A stretch of 64,000 nucleotides of DNA. It comes from Tepidamorphaceae bacterium (GTDB lineage: Bacteria > Pseudomonadota > Alphaproteobacteria > Rhizobiales > JAKSCL01). Position numbers and translations under genes: made by a program. The DNA is taken from assembly GCA_028289445.1 (NCBI GenBank), contig JANQPO010000017.1, positions 287,537 through 351,536 on the forward strand, in the 5' to 3' direction. Shown here in pieces: positions 18,370 to 27,725 of the stretch (position 1 is the stretch's first letter; the number at the start of each line of letters is the position of its first letter). The notes below the pieces were generated by a model. The model saw nothing but the letters and a program-made list of their open reading frames with translations. It searched no databases and had not been told where the DNA came from.

Positions 18370-20656
18370 ATGCCGGCGGATCGAAAACCGTTACCTCCGG
18401 GAGAGGTTCTTCGAACCGGCGCACCTGCACAAGTGTGGAATGCGCAGCCGGCCCTTGCGCCAGCGATGATGTGCGCATGTCGTGAGTCAGAACATTGGGG
18501 TTGCCATGGCGGTCCCGATGGTCCGGGGCGTCGAAATCGGGGTCGTACCAAGCGCCGGTCCACAGGAAGACACAGCCTTTGGCGATGTCGTCGGTGACTC
18601 GCGCGCCGGCTAGGCAGCGGCCTCGATCGTTGAACAGTTCCACCACGTCGCCGTCGGCAATGCCCCGCACGGTCGCGTCATCTTGGTGAATCAGCACCGG
18701 CTCCCGGTCTTCGATCTTGTGGCGGCGGCTGGTGGCCCCATTGTCGAGCTGGCTGTGCAGCCGCGTGCCTGGCTGACCGGATATCAGGTAGAGCGGATAG
18801 GTGTCGGTCTTGTTGGCCGCTTCGTCGCGCGGCGTGCGCCAGATCGCATGGCCTGGACAATCGTCGAGGCCGAAACCGGCGATGGTCTCACTATGAAGCT
18901 CGATCCGGCCGCTCGGGGTCGGCAGTGGGTTTGCGTCAGGGTCTGCGCGAAAGTCTGCCAGAAAAACCTGTTCGGGTGAGGGGTCGGGTACCTCGATCAC
19001 ATCGCCGGCGATAAACGCGTCCCAGTCCGGCAGTTCGACCCCGGCATCGGCACCGCGCTGGCGCGTTACGGCCCATATCTCGCGTAGCCAGTCTTCGGCA
19101 GATTTGCCCTCGGCAAACGCCTCCCAGGTCCCAAGCCGCGCCGCCAGTTCGGCAAATGTCTCATATTCCGTGCGCGCTTCGCCCGGCGGCGGAACCACAG
19201 CCGGCATCGGGATCAGGCCATTGTCGGACTTGCCGCCTCCGAAATCCAAGCGCTCTTGCGGCGCGGCAACCGGAAGGACGATGTCCGCGTGGCGTGCTGT
19301 GGATGTCCAGTTCATCTCATTGACGATGACGGTTTCAGGTCTCTGGAACGCGGTGCGCAGCCGGTTCAGGTCCTGATGGTGGTGGAAGGGGTTGCCACCG
19401 GCCCACCAGACCATTCGGATGTCGGGAAACGTTCTTTGCTCGCCATTGAACAGATAGGTTCCACCGGGGTTGAGCAGCATCTCGCTTGTCATGGCAACGG
19501 GAATGAAGTCGTCGACCGGGTTCCGACCTTGCGGAAAACTCCCCCATCCAAACAGGCGCTGCATGTTGCCGATATTGCCGTTGACGCCGTACCCCACTGT
19601 GTAGCCGCCTCCGGGCAGGCCGATCTGACCAAGCATGGCGGCGAGCGTCACGGTCATCCAGAGCGGTTGTTCGCCATAATCGGCCCGCTGCAAGCCCGCC
19701 GCGGTCGCAATCATCGTCCGGCCGACCGCCATTTGGCGGGCAAGCTCGCGGATGCGGTCGGCGGCGATGCCCGACACCCGCTCGGCCCAGTCGGCATCCT
19801 TCGGCGTGCCGTCCGTCTCGCCATTCAGATAGGCGGCGAAGCGATCGAACCCGACTGTGTAACGCTCAAGGAATGCCCGGTCGTGCAACCCTTCGGTTAC
19901 AAGCGTGTGCGCCAGGCCCATCATGACGGCGGTATCGGAGCCGGGTCGCGGGGACAGCCATTCGGCGTTTAATTCCGGCATTGCGTCGCTGCGCAGCGGG
20001 CTGAAGTTGACGAACCGCACGCCGGCCGCCGCGCATGCACGCAAATTGTCATAGCCCCGATGGCGCGCCAGCCCACCGTCGCCGACCTGCATGTTGCGCG
20101 GCGCCACGCCGCCGAACATGACAACCAGATCGGAATGCCGTGCGATCACCGGCCAGCGCGTCGCCTGCTCCACCTGCGCGCGATAGTTCATGACAATATG
20201 CGGCATCAGCACCAACGCCGCCTGGTAGCTGTAATTACCCTCAGAACGCACGAAGCCACCGACTGTGTTTAGAAACCGCTTGAGCTGGCTTTGTGCATGG
20301 TGAAACCGGCCGGAGCTGGCCCAGCCATAGGAGCCGGCGAAGATAGCCCCGTTGCCGTGGACATCCCGGACCCGTTCGAGTTCGATCGCAAGGCGGTCAA
20401 GCGCTTCGTCCCACGACATCGCCACAAACACGTCGCGGCCACGCTCTCCCCGTGGCTGACCGGGGTCACCATCCAGCCAGCCCTTGCGAATCGATGGGCG
20501 CAGAACGCGCGCACGTCCATTCAAGCTACCGGCGATATTGCCATTAATCGCCGAACCCGACGGATCAGCCGGATGGGCTTCAACATCGACGATGCGACCG
20601 TCACTCACGGTGACGATACCCGCGCCCCAGTGGTTGGATGTCAGGTGCTTGTTCAT
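18347..20656 (-). CDS. cytoplasmic molybdopterin S-/N-oxide reductase, DMSO-reductase family (BisC/TorZ-like)
   Basis: About 770 aa. The N-terminus MNKHLTSNHWGAGIV... resembles BisC (..AAHWG..) and has no twin-arginine signal. I prefer ATG 20656 (TGAGG upstream) over 20680. Confidence 0.8.
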   Translation of the reverse strand: MNKHLTSNHWGAGIVTVSDGRIVDVEAHPADPSGSAINGNIAGSLNGRARVLRPSIRKGWLDGDPGQPRGERGRDVFVAMSWDEALDRLAIELERVRDVHGNGAIFAGSYGWASSGRFHHAQSQLKRFLNTVGGFVRSEGNYSYQAALVLMPHIVMNYRAQVEQATRWPVIARHSDLVVMFGGVAPRNMQVGDGGLARHRGYDNLRACAAAGVRFVNFSPLRSDAMPELNAEWLSPRPGSDTAVMMGLAHTLVTEGLHDRAFLERYTVGFDRFAAYLNGETDGTPKDADWAERVSGIAADRIRELARQMAVGRTMIATAAGLQRADYGEQPLWMTVTLAAMLGQIGLPGGGYTVGYGVNGNIGNMQRLFGWGSFPQGRNPVDDFIPVAMTSEMLLNPGGTYLFNGEQRTFPDIRMVWWAGGNPFHHHQDLNRLRTAFQRPETVIVNEMNWTSTARHADIVLPVAAPQERLDFGGGKSDNGLIPMPAVVPPPGEARTEYETFAELAARLGTWEAFAEGKSAEDWLREIWAVTRQRGADAGVELPDWDAFIAGDVIEVPDPSPEQVFLADFRADPDANPLPTPSGRIELHSETIAGFGLDDCPGHAIWRTPRDEAANKTDTYPLYLISGQPGTRLHSQLDNGATSRRHKIEDREPVLIHQDDATVRGIADGDVVELFNDRGRCLAGARVTDDIAKGCVFLWTGAWYDPDFDAPDHRDRHGNPNVLTHDMRTSSLAQGPAAHSTLVQVRRFEEPLPEVTVFDPPAFVARQDR

Positions 20657-20680
20657 GAACCTCAGGCTATTTCGTGTCAT

Positions 20681-20708
20681 TATTCAGCACGAATATTCTG
20701 TATATTGA
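20681..20708. promoter_or_regulatory. candidate operator TATTCAGCACGAATATTCTGTATATTGA (TATTC/GAATA half-sites, GAATATTC palindrome)
   Basis: Lies in the 107-bp divergent spacer between the reductase (-) and C-S lyase (+) genes. Its first 10 nt recur exactly at 26000-26009, and a related motif sits at 36011-36044. Confidence 0.3.
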
Positions 20709-20763
20709 CACAATTGGCGACGCCTGTCATCGTCAATCGACGGTCGGAGGGGTGCCTTGCCCA

Positions 20764-21954
20764 ATGGCAAAAACCGATAGCGAAATCAAAGACTCACTTG
20801 TGCAGACCGGTCGGCCGGACCGCGTCGAGGGCCGTCAGGTCAACATGCCGGTCGAGCTCGGCTCGACCATGGTATTCGACACACTTGCCGCCTTCGAAGC
20901 AGCCCGTGCGGCCCGCTACCGGCCGGGCACGCTTTACTATGGCCGTTATGGCAATGCCGCCTGTTTCAAGCTGGAAGACGCACTCGCCGACCTTGAGGCC
21001 GCATCCATTGTCACGCTGACCTCGTCGGGCGTTGCGGCGATCACGCTGACTCTGATGGAGCTGATGGCGCCCGGCACGCATCTGCTCGTCGGCGACAATG
21101 TCTATGGTAACACGCGGGCCTTTTGCGACAGTGTACTGACTAAACAGAATGTCGCGATCGAATATTTCGATCCCATGATCGGCGGCGATGTTGCCGCACT
21201 GTTCCGGTCCAACACGGCCGCGGTGATGTTCGAGGCTCCGGGTTCGGGCACGTTTGAGATCTGCGATACGCCGGCGATTACGCAAGTCTGCAAGGCCCAT
21301 GGCGTGACAAGCGTCTTCGACGGCACGTGGGCAACGCCGATCTTCTGCCGACCACTCGAACTTGGCATCGATGTGCTGGTTTACTCCGCGTCCAAATATG
21401 TGAGCGGGCATAGCGACTGCATGCTGGGGGTTATTGCCTGTTCTGATGCCGATCTGGCGATGCGCATCCGAAAGTGCGTCATGGCGGTTGGCGACAAGAC
21501 GGGCGGTCAGGAGGTGATGCTCGCTCTGCGCGGTCTACGCACGCTCGAACTGCGCATGAATGCGATCGAAGCAGCCGGGCGACATGTCGCCGGTTGGCTC
21601 GCCCAGCAGCCGCAGGTCAAGCGATTGCTGCATCCGGCCTTTGAGAGCTGCCCGGGCCATGCGTTCTGGAAGCGTGACTATCGCGGCGCGGCGGGTCTCT
21701 TCGGCGTTGTCTTCCACCCTTGCGCCGATGACGATCTGCGGGCCTTTGTTGACGCACTGCATCATTTCGGCATCGGCGTGAGCTGGGGCGGTTATGAGAG
21801 CCTTGTTCTCCCTGTGAAGCCGGTGCGCGTTGCACGGCACTGGGATGAGCCCGGCGCGCTAGTGCGCTTCAGCATCGGGCTGGAGGACACGCAAACCTTG
21901 ATCGATGACCTTGCGGCCGCGCTGCCGCTGCTCAAGACCGGATCGGAGGCCTAG
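20764..21954 (+). CDS. PLP-dependent C-S beta-lyase (cystathionine beta-lyase/MetC family)
   Basis: Cys/Met-metabolism PLP motif SASKYVSGHSD. The true start is ATG 20764 (MAKTDSEIKD...); the ORF-track start at 20674 is an extension into the AT-rich spacer. Confidence 0.85.
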   Translation: MAKTDSEIKDSLVQTGRPDRVEGRQVNMPVELGSTMVFDTLAAFEAARAARYRPGTLYYGRYGNAACFKLEDALADLEAASIVTLTSSGVAAITLTLMELMAPGTHLLVGDNVYGNTRAFCDSVLTKQNVAIEYFDPMIGGDVAALFRSNTAAVMFEAPGSGTFEICDTPAITQVCKAHGVTSVFDGTWATPIFCRPLELGIDVLVYSASKYVSGHSDCMLGVIACSDADLAMRIRKCVMAVGDKTGGQEVMLALRGLRTLELRMNAIEAAGRHVAGWLAQQPQVKRLLHPAFESCPGHAFWKRDYRGAAGLFGVVFHPCADDDLRAFVDALHHFGIGVSWGGYESLVLPVKPVRVARHWDEPGALVRFSIGLEDTQTLIDDLAAALPLLKTGSEA

Positions 21955-21956
21955 CC

Positions 21957-22592
21957 ATGCACAATCGGATCGACCATTTCGCCATCGGTGCTGCCAGCCT
22001 GGATCAGGGCGTTTCGGCCATGCGCGCGGAGCTGGGCGTGGAGGTGCCAGCGGGCTCCAAACATGACGCGATGAGCACGCACAATTGCGTTATGCAGACA
22101 GGCAATGAGAGTTTTTTCGAACTGATCGCCATCGATCCCGATGCCCCCGATCCGGGCCGGGCGCGCTGGTTCACGCTCGATGATCCGAACACGCAGCAAC
22201 GCCTGGCCGAACGTCCACGCGCGCTGTGCTGGGTTGTCGGCACCGACGACCTCGATAGCGTGATCGCCGCCAGCCCGGTCGATCTTGGTGAGATCGTTGA
22301 CTTTCAGCGCGGCGACCGCACCTGGCGTTTGACCGTGCCACGCGACGGATCGCTGCCGGAGGGCGGACTGATCCCCGCGTTCATCGCATGGTCGCCTGGT
22401 CCGCACCCGTCAACCGGTCAGCAGGACCTGGACGTTCGGCTAAAGACCGTCAACCTGACACATCCCGATCCGGACAAGCTGCGGGCTGTGTTCGAAGCGC
22501 TTGAGATTGCCCATCTGGCACAGATCGAGGAAGGCGACCGGGCACTGGCCTTCACGCTGGAGACGCCAAAGGGATTGGTGGTTCTCGACTAA
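21957..22592 (+). CDS. VOC (glyoxalase-like domain) family protein
   Basis: 211 aa. MHNRIDHFAIGAASLDQGV... is typical of glyoxalase-like domain proteins. It starts 3 nt after the lyase stop. Confidence 0.7.
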   Translation: MHNRIDHFAIGAASLDQGVSAMRAELGVEVPAGSKHDAMSTHNCVMQTGNESFFELIAIDPDAPDPGRARWFTLDDPNTQQRLAERPRALCWVVGTDDLDSVIAASPVDLGEIVDFQRGDRTWRLTVPRDGSLPEGGLIPAFIAWSPGPHPSTGQQDLDVRLKTVNLTHPDPDKLRAVFEALEIAHLAQIEEGDRALAFTLETPKGLVVLD

Positions 22593-22619
22593 CGGCCATC
22601 GCTCCTCAAGGGTTAGCCG

Positions 22620-23729
22620 TCAGCGGTGATCCACCTTCATGCGGTTCTTCAGATATTCGCCATACTGGCCCAGCGAGAATATAAAGACCCAGTAGATCAG
22701 GCCGACGAAGACATAGACCTCCAGATAGTACGGCACCCACTCGCCGGTGCCGAAGGCGGCGCCGGCCGAGGCCAGCATCTCGAAGAAGCCGATGATGATG
22801 ACGATGGCTGTCTCCTTGAAGGTGAGCACGACCATGTTGATGGTCGCCGGCAGTGCATGGCGGAACACCTGCGGCAGGATGATGTCGAACAGGGTCGTCC
22901 ATTGACCCAGGCCGAGTGCTTTTCCGGCCTCCCACTGGCCTTTTGGAATGGCCTGAAACCCGCCCCGGAAGACCTCCGCCTGATAGCAGGCAAAGAACAG
23001 CGCGAAGGCGAGGATCACCCGCCAGATCTTGTCGCCCTGCAACCACTCCGGCAGTAGGATCGGCAGGATGACGGCGGCGGTGAAGAGCGTGGTCAGCAGC
23101 GGCAAAGACCGAACGAAATCGATAATCAGCGTCGCCGTCAGCCGCACCACCGGCATGTTCGAGCGTCGCATGAGTGCCAGTCCAAGGCCCATGGGCATGC
23201 CGAGCAGGACAACCGATGAGAACAGAAAGAGCGTCAGCGACAGGCCGCCCCACTGGTCGGTTGTCACCTGCGGCAGGCCGATGAGGCTGCCCTCCATGAG
23301 CAGATAGTAAGCCGCGAAACCGACGATCCAAAGCGTGATCAGCCGCCTCGATGACCAGAAGGCCGGCATGCAAGAGAGAACCACAGTGGCAATGATCGAG
23401 GCGCATGCGGCGGTCGATCGCCAATGCTCTTCGAACGGATAAAGCCCAAACAAAATCAACCGGTGGCGCGCATCGATCACGGACCAGCACGCCCCGATGC
23501 TGTCTACCTTGCATTGATCCACGGCGTCCGCCGACCACACCGCGCGTACAAACGCCCAGTCAATCACAAGCCAGAGTATGTAGAACAACAGGCCGAACAC
23601 TATGACGGAAATGACTGTGTCCGCCGGCGTCGCAAACGCTCGGCGCCGCGTGGCCTCCACAAACCGGCTCCAGCGACTAGGCGCGTCGACCGCATCTAAA
23701 GGGATAGGGGAAGCGCCGACGACAGCCAT
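22620..23729 (-). CDS. aapM: general L-amino-acid ABC permease, AapM/BztC-like
   Basis: 369 aa multi-TM protein with the unusually long N-terminal extension characteristic of the Aap/Bzt permease pair. It follows the aapQ-like gene with a 1-nt gap. Confidence 0.82.
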   Translation of the reverse strand: MAVVGASPIPLDAVDAPSRWSRFVEATRRRAFATPADTVISVIVFGLLFYILWLVIDWAFVRAVWSADAVDQCKVDSIGACWSVIDARHRLILFGLYPFEEHWRSTAACASIIATVVLSCMPAFWSSRRLITLWIVGFAAYYLLMEGSLIGLPQVTTDQWGGLSLTLFLFSSVVLLGMPMGLGLALMRRSNMPVVRLTATLIIDFVRSLPLLTTLFTAAVILPILLPEWLQGDKIWRVILAFALFFACYQAEVFRGGFQAIPKGQWEAGKALGLGQWTTLFDIILPQVFRHALPATINMVVLTFKETAIVIIIGFFEMLASAGAAFGTGEWVPYYLEVYVFVGLIYWVFIFSLGQYGEYLKNRMKVDHR

Positions 23730-23730
23730 A

Positions 23731-24933
23731 TCAGTGCGACTTCAATTGCATGCGGCGGTTGATCACATTGACAAACTGCGCAAGCGCGAAGTTGATCAGC
23801 AAGAATGCACCCATCAAGATGGCGATCAGTTCCAGCGTCTGCCCGGTCTGGGTTAGCGAGGTCGAGACGATCATGAAGAGATCGCTGAATCCGATCGCCA
23901 CACCGATGGTGGTCGCCTTCATGACGAAGATCCACTGATTGCCGAGCGGCGGAATGATGCTGCGCAGCGCCATCGGTAGTTTGATCCGACTCCAGATCGT
24001 CCGGCCGCTGAGACCGAGCGCTTGGCCGGCTTCGATGAGGCCGCGCGGAACCTCTGCAAGGCCGCCGCGCACGACCTCGGCGATATAGGCCGAGCTATAA
24101 AGCACGATGGCAACGATCATCGCGACGAGTTCGATGGTCATTTGCATGCCGCCCTGGAAGCGCAGTCCTTTGAGCGTGGGCACCGATGCGATCGGCTCGC
24201 CCTCGGGCACGAACATCAGCAAAGAAACGGCAATTGCCAGCACCGTTGCGGACGCCCAAACGAAGAGCGCCCGCATCGCCGTTATTCTCGCGAACAACAC
24301 GATGACGCCCAGCGCAATTGACCCCAGCAGCAGGATCAACGCCGTCTGGCCCGATATGTTCAGCGCGGGCAGCATCAATCCGCGGTTAGAAAAGAGGACG
24401 ATCTCGCCAAGAGCATAGGCTTGTCGCGGCCCGGGCAAATGGATGAACACCGCGTACCAGAAGACCAGTTGCAAGATGAGCGGCAGGTTGCGGAACAGCT
24501 GCACATAGACGCTGGCAATCGTCTGCAGTGCCAGGTTGGAGGTGTCGCGGATGCTACCGACGGCGAAACCGATGATCGTCGAGAGGACGATGCACAAAGT
24601 ACCCAGAAACAGCGTGTTGATGAAACCGATTGTCAGCGTGCGCAGATAGGTGTCGTCGACCGAGCGCGGTATCAGTGAGAACGAATAGCTCCATCCCGTG
24701 GCGCGTTCGAGAAAAGCATAGCCGCCGGTGATGCCCAGGGCATTCAGATTGGTCTGTGCTGTCGTGTAGGTGCTCCAGACGATCGCAACGAGGGCGATTA
24801 TGATCACGGCCTGGATCAGCAGCCGCCGCATTTGAGCCGTTTTGCGGGATCGCGCTGTTGCGGCAACCATCGGCTCACCGAATCTGGAGTTGGAGAGTTT
24901 CGGCCCCGCGCCTGTAACAGCACGGGGCCGCAT
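23731..24933 (-). CDS. aapQ: general L-amino-acid ABC permease, AapQ/BztB-like
   Basis: 400-aa ORF. The start may instead be ATG 24870 (MVAATARS...) if the stem-loop at 24901-24930 is intercistronic. Confidence 0.82.
   Translation of the reverse strand: MRPRAVTGAGPKLSNSRFGEPMVAATARSRKTAQMRRLLIQAVIIIALVAIVWSTYTTAQTNLNALGITGGYAFLERATGWSYSFSLIPRSVDDTYLRTLTIGFINTLFLGTLCIVLSTIIGFAVGSIRDTSNLALQTIASVYVQLFRNLPLILQLVFWYAVFIHLPGPRQAYALGEIVLFSNRGLMLPALNISGQTALILLLGSIALGVIVLFARITAMRALFVWASATVLAIAVSLLMFVPEGEPIASVPTLKGLRFQGGMQMTIELVAMIVAIVLYSSAYIAEVVRGGLAEVPRGLIEAGQALGLSGRTIWSRIKLPMALRSIIPPLGNQWIFVMKATTIGVAIGFSDLFMIVSTSLTQTGQTLELIAILMGAFLLINFALAQFVNVINRRMQLKSH
24901..24930 (-). terminator. intercistronic stem-loop after the SBP gene (possible partial terminator or mRNA stabiliser)
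   Basis: CGGCCCCG (24901-24908) and CGGGGCCG (24923-24930) form an 8-bp GC stem with a 14-nt loop, directly downstream of the aapJ-like stop at 24937. Confidence 0.35.
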
Positions 24934-24936
24934 GGA

Positions 24937-25974
24937 TCAGTCGATAATGGGTGTGTACAAAACGCCACCGTCCTTCCAAAGCGCATTTAGGCCACGCGGG
25001 AGGTTGTAGGGCGAGTCCTTGCCCAGATTGCGATCGTACATCTGACCGAAATTGCCGATCTCTGCGATCACTTCGCGAGCCCAGGTGTCGCGAAGGCCGA
25101 GCCGCTCGCCCATGCCCGGGTCCGAGCCAAGGAGCCGCGCGACGGTTGTGGATGGCGGATTGGCGGCGATCTCGTTGACGTTCTCGCTGGTGATGCCCAG
25201 CTCTTCAGCTTTGATGAGCGCGGCGATCAGATAGTTGACCAGATCGACGAACTCCTCGTCGCCCTGGCGCATGGCGGCCGAAATCGGGTCGGTCGAGAGC
25301 TGGTCCGACAGGATGACATGGGCTCCGGAGTCATCGACTTCGGTGGCCCGGATCACGGCCAGATTGGGACCCCAGCCGGCGAACGCGTCGCAGCGCTTTG
25401 CCAGATAGGCTGCCCGCAGTTCCGCACCCTTCTCGTACGACACCATCGTGTGCTCGATATTGTTGGAGCTCAAGAAGTCGCCGGCGATGCGCTCAATGGT
25501 CGTGCCGGCCTCGACGCAGATCGTGCCGCCATCCAGTTCGGCAGCCTCTGTCACGCCAAGCTCGGCGTGGGCCATGAACTGAGCGGCGCCCAGAAAGTAG
25601 GGGATCGAAAACTGCAGACCCAGTTCCGTATCGCGACCCATCGTCCACGTTGTCGCCTTGATGATCAGGTCGACATCGCCCGACTGGAGCGCCGGGAAAC
25701 GCTGCGCCCAGCTGAGCGGAACGATCTGGACCTTATCGGAATCGCCAAGGATCGCGGTGGCCAGGCCACGGCACATATCGATGTCGAGCCCCTTCCATTC
25801 ATTGCGGTCGTTGACCTCGACGAATCCGAAGAAGCTACCGTTGTGACCGGTGCACAAAAGCGTGCCCCGATCGATGATCTTCTGTGTCGTCGGCGCTGGC
25901 TCGGCGGCGCTGACCATGACAGGCACCGAAGCGGCCAAAGCTGCAACGGTGAGTTTTGCAAGGGTTTTGAGCAT
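24937..25974 (-). CDS. aapJ: general L-amino-acid ABC substrate-binding protein, AapJ/BztA-like
   Basis: The true start is ATG 25974 (MLKTLAKLTVAALAASVPVMVSAAEP, a Sec signal). 345 aa and collinear by eye with AapJ (..VPLSWAQRFPALQSGDVD.., ..GLNALWKDGGVLYTP..). The ORF-track start at 26280 is an extension. Confidence 0.85.
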   Translation of the reverse strand: MLKTLAKLTVAALAASVPVMVSAAEPAPTTQKIIDRGTLLCTGHNGSFFGFVEVNDRNEWKGLDIDMCRGLATAILGDSDKVQIVPLSWAQRFPALQSGDVDLIIKATTWTMGRDTELGLQFSIPYFLGAAQFMAHAELGVTEAAELDGGTICVEAGTTIERIAGDFLSSNNIEHTMVSYEKGAELRAAYLAKRCDAFAGWGPNLAVIRATEVDDSGAHVILSDQLSTDPISAAMRQGDEEFVDLVNYLIAALIKAEELGITSENVNEIAANPPSTTVARLLGSDPGMGERLGLRDTWAREVIAEIGNFGQMYDRNLGKDSPYNLPRGLNALWKDGGVLYTPIID

Positions 25975-26165
25975 ATCGATCTCCCCACGAATGTTCCGAT
26001 ATTCAGCACATATGTTCCAGTATTGAGAATGGCTGTGTTTTGGTGCTAATGTCAATAGAACAGAGCGGATGGGCCTATCCGCGCTTTTCATCATGGAGTG
26101 ATGCTTTGACCGATCGCCCTTGTCTAACGCCAGCGGTCGCGACCGCGCGAACGGAGTGAGGCAAG

Positions 26166-27725
26166 TTGGATAGGGCACCGACCCATGCGTTGTCCGTGGC
26201 CTGTCTGTGGCGACACGCAGCAGAGCGGCCAGACGCGCTGGCCGTACGCGACGGACGCGTGTCGCTGAGCTACCAAGCACTTTGCGCCGAAGTCGACCGG
26301 CTTGTCGGACAACTCAAGAACTGCGGCATAGGCCAACAAAGCCGCGTTCTGTTTCTGCCCGACGTGTGTGTCGAATCCATCGTTGCTTATTGGGCGCTGC
26401 GGGCGATCGATGCCGTCGTCGTCGTTGGCGACCCGGGCAGTCGGATTCATGAGCGTGCGCAATACGTGAGACGAACCGGCGCGACCCACGCACTTGTCGG
26501 ATACCGCGCGGCGGACACGGTCACGCCTTCGGTCTTCTGCCTCCGGCTGGCATCCGATGGCGTCGGCGTGCGCCGTTGGGAGCCGGAAGGCTCCGAACCG
26601 CCAGTAGGCGTCGCTCCATCCGATGGCATGGAAAGCGCTGCCGTCATTCTCTTTAGCTCTGGCACGACAGGTCAGCCGAAGGCCATCGTCCATACTGCGA
26701 CAACGGTCGAGGCCTTGCATCGGACACTGCTGGCCACTTGGCAGCTTTCGCCGGCTGACCGAGTGCTTGGTGCCCTACCATTCCACACGATCTACGGCCT
26801 CCTGTTCAGCGCCGGGTCCACTCTTTATGGCGGAGCTGGGCTTGTTCTTCTCGAACGGTTCAAGCCGCGCGATGCGCTACTTGCGATCGAGACGCACCAG
26901 GTCACGACGGCCGCACTTGTGCCGGCCATGGTGCTGATGATGCTTAACCTGGACGACGATGCTGTGTTCGATCTGTCTTCACTGCGCGCTCTCTACACGG
27001 CGTCAGCACCAATCAGTGAGCACGATATCGCGCGCTTCCAAGCCTTTAGCGGCGCGCCGCTGATCGCCAATTACGGCTTGACTGAAATCCCCGGCGCTGC
27101 GGTCGAGCGGGCAGGCGCCTCTCACCATGCCGGGTCGGTCGGCCAACTGTCGCCGGGGTTTCAGGCCGTGGCACGCGACGACAGCGGCGAGACCTTGGCC
27201 ACCGGCGAGACCGGCGAAATCACCCTACGCGGGCCGACGATGATGGCGGGTTACCTGAACGATGAGATACAGACCGCCCAACGTGTGCGGGATGGTTGGA
27301 TCTACACCCAGGATATTGGCCATGTGGACGCCGAGGGGCGCGTTTTCCTGTCCGGCCGGACGTCGGACATGATCATTCGCGGCGGCCTGAACATCTCGCC
27401 CCTGGAAATCGAGGCGGTTCTGTCCACTCATGGTGCAGTCGTCGAAGCCGCCGTGGTCGGAAAGCCCGATCCTGTGCTTGGCCAGATCGCGGTGGCCTGC
27501 GTCGTCCTTACCCCCTCAGCAAATCGTTCGACGATTTCAGCCGGACTCGCAGCCCATTGTCGGCAATCCTTGTCCGCGCCCAAGGTGCCTGCCGCGTTCC
27601 ACCTGTTCGATGCGCTGCCGCGCAATGCCGGCGGCAAGGTGTTGCGCAAGCAATTGGAACAGCAGTTCGAAGACCTGCCGGCCAATGATCAGCTGGTTGA
27701 CCAAAGACAGGCGCACGCCAAATGA
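26166..27725 (+). CDS. AMP-dependent acyl-CoA synthetase/ligase
   Basis: SSGTTGQPKA AMP-binding motif. TTG start preceded by GGAGTGAGG; 519 aa. Confidence 0.85.
   Translation: MDRAPTHALSVACLWRHAAERPDALAVRDGRVSLSYQALCAEVDRLVGQLKNCGIGQQSRVLFLPDVCVESIVAYWALRAIDAVVVVGDPGSRIHERAQYVRRTGATHALVGYRAADTVTPSVFCLRLASDGVGVRRWEPEGSEPPVGVAPSDGMESAAVILFSSGTTGQPKAIVHTATTVEALHRTLLATWQLSPADRVLGALPFHTIYGLLFSAGSTLYGGAGLVLLERFKPRDALLAIETHQVTTAALVPAMVLMMLNLDDDAVFDLSSLRALYTASAPISEHDIARFQAFSGAPLIANYGLTEIPGAAVERAGASHHAGSVGQLSPGFQAVARDDSGETLATGETGEITLRGPTMMAGYLNDEIQTAQRVRDGWIYTQDIGHVDAEGRVFLSGRTSDMIIRGGLNISPLEIEAVLSTHGAVVEAAVVGKPDPVLGQIAVACVVLTPSANRSTISAGLAAHCRQSLSAPKVPAAFHLFDALPRNAGGKVLRKQLEQQFEDLPANDQLVDQRQAHAK

Noticed and set aside
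20684-20699. A sigma-54-like reading of CAGCAC-N5-TTC, which also occurs at 26003-26018.
   Set aside because: The invariant -24 GG and -12 GC dinucleotides are absent (AG and TC instead), and no enhancer-binding protein gene is in the window. I kept it only as a possible operator motif.
26065-26090. Hairpin GCGGAT-gggcct-ATCCGC followed by GCTTTTC, which resembles a terminator or sRNA end in the aapJ/ligase spacer.
   Set aside because: The stem is only 6 bp, the T-tract is short, and no plus-strand gene lies upstream to terminate. Too weak to call without expression data.
26133-26146. Perfect 14-bp palindrome GCGGTCGCGACCGC, 20 nt before the CoA-ligase start.
   Set aside because: In 64 kb, about four perfect 14-bp palindromes are expected by chance (64,000/4^7). 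It is GC-rich like the background, so there is no independent support.
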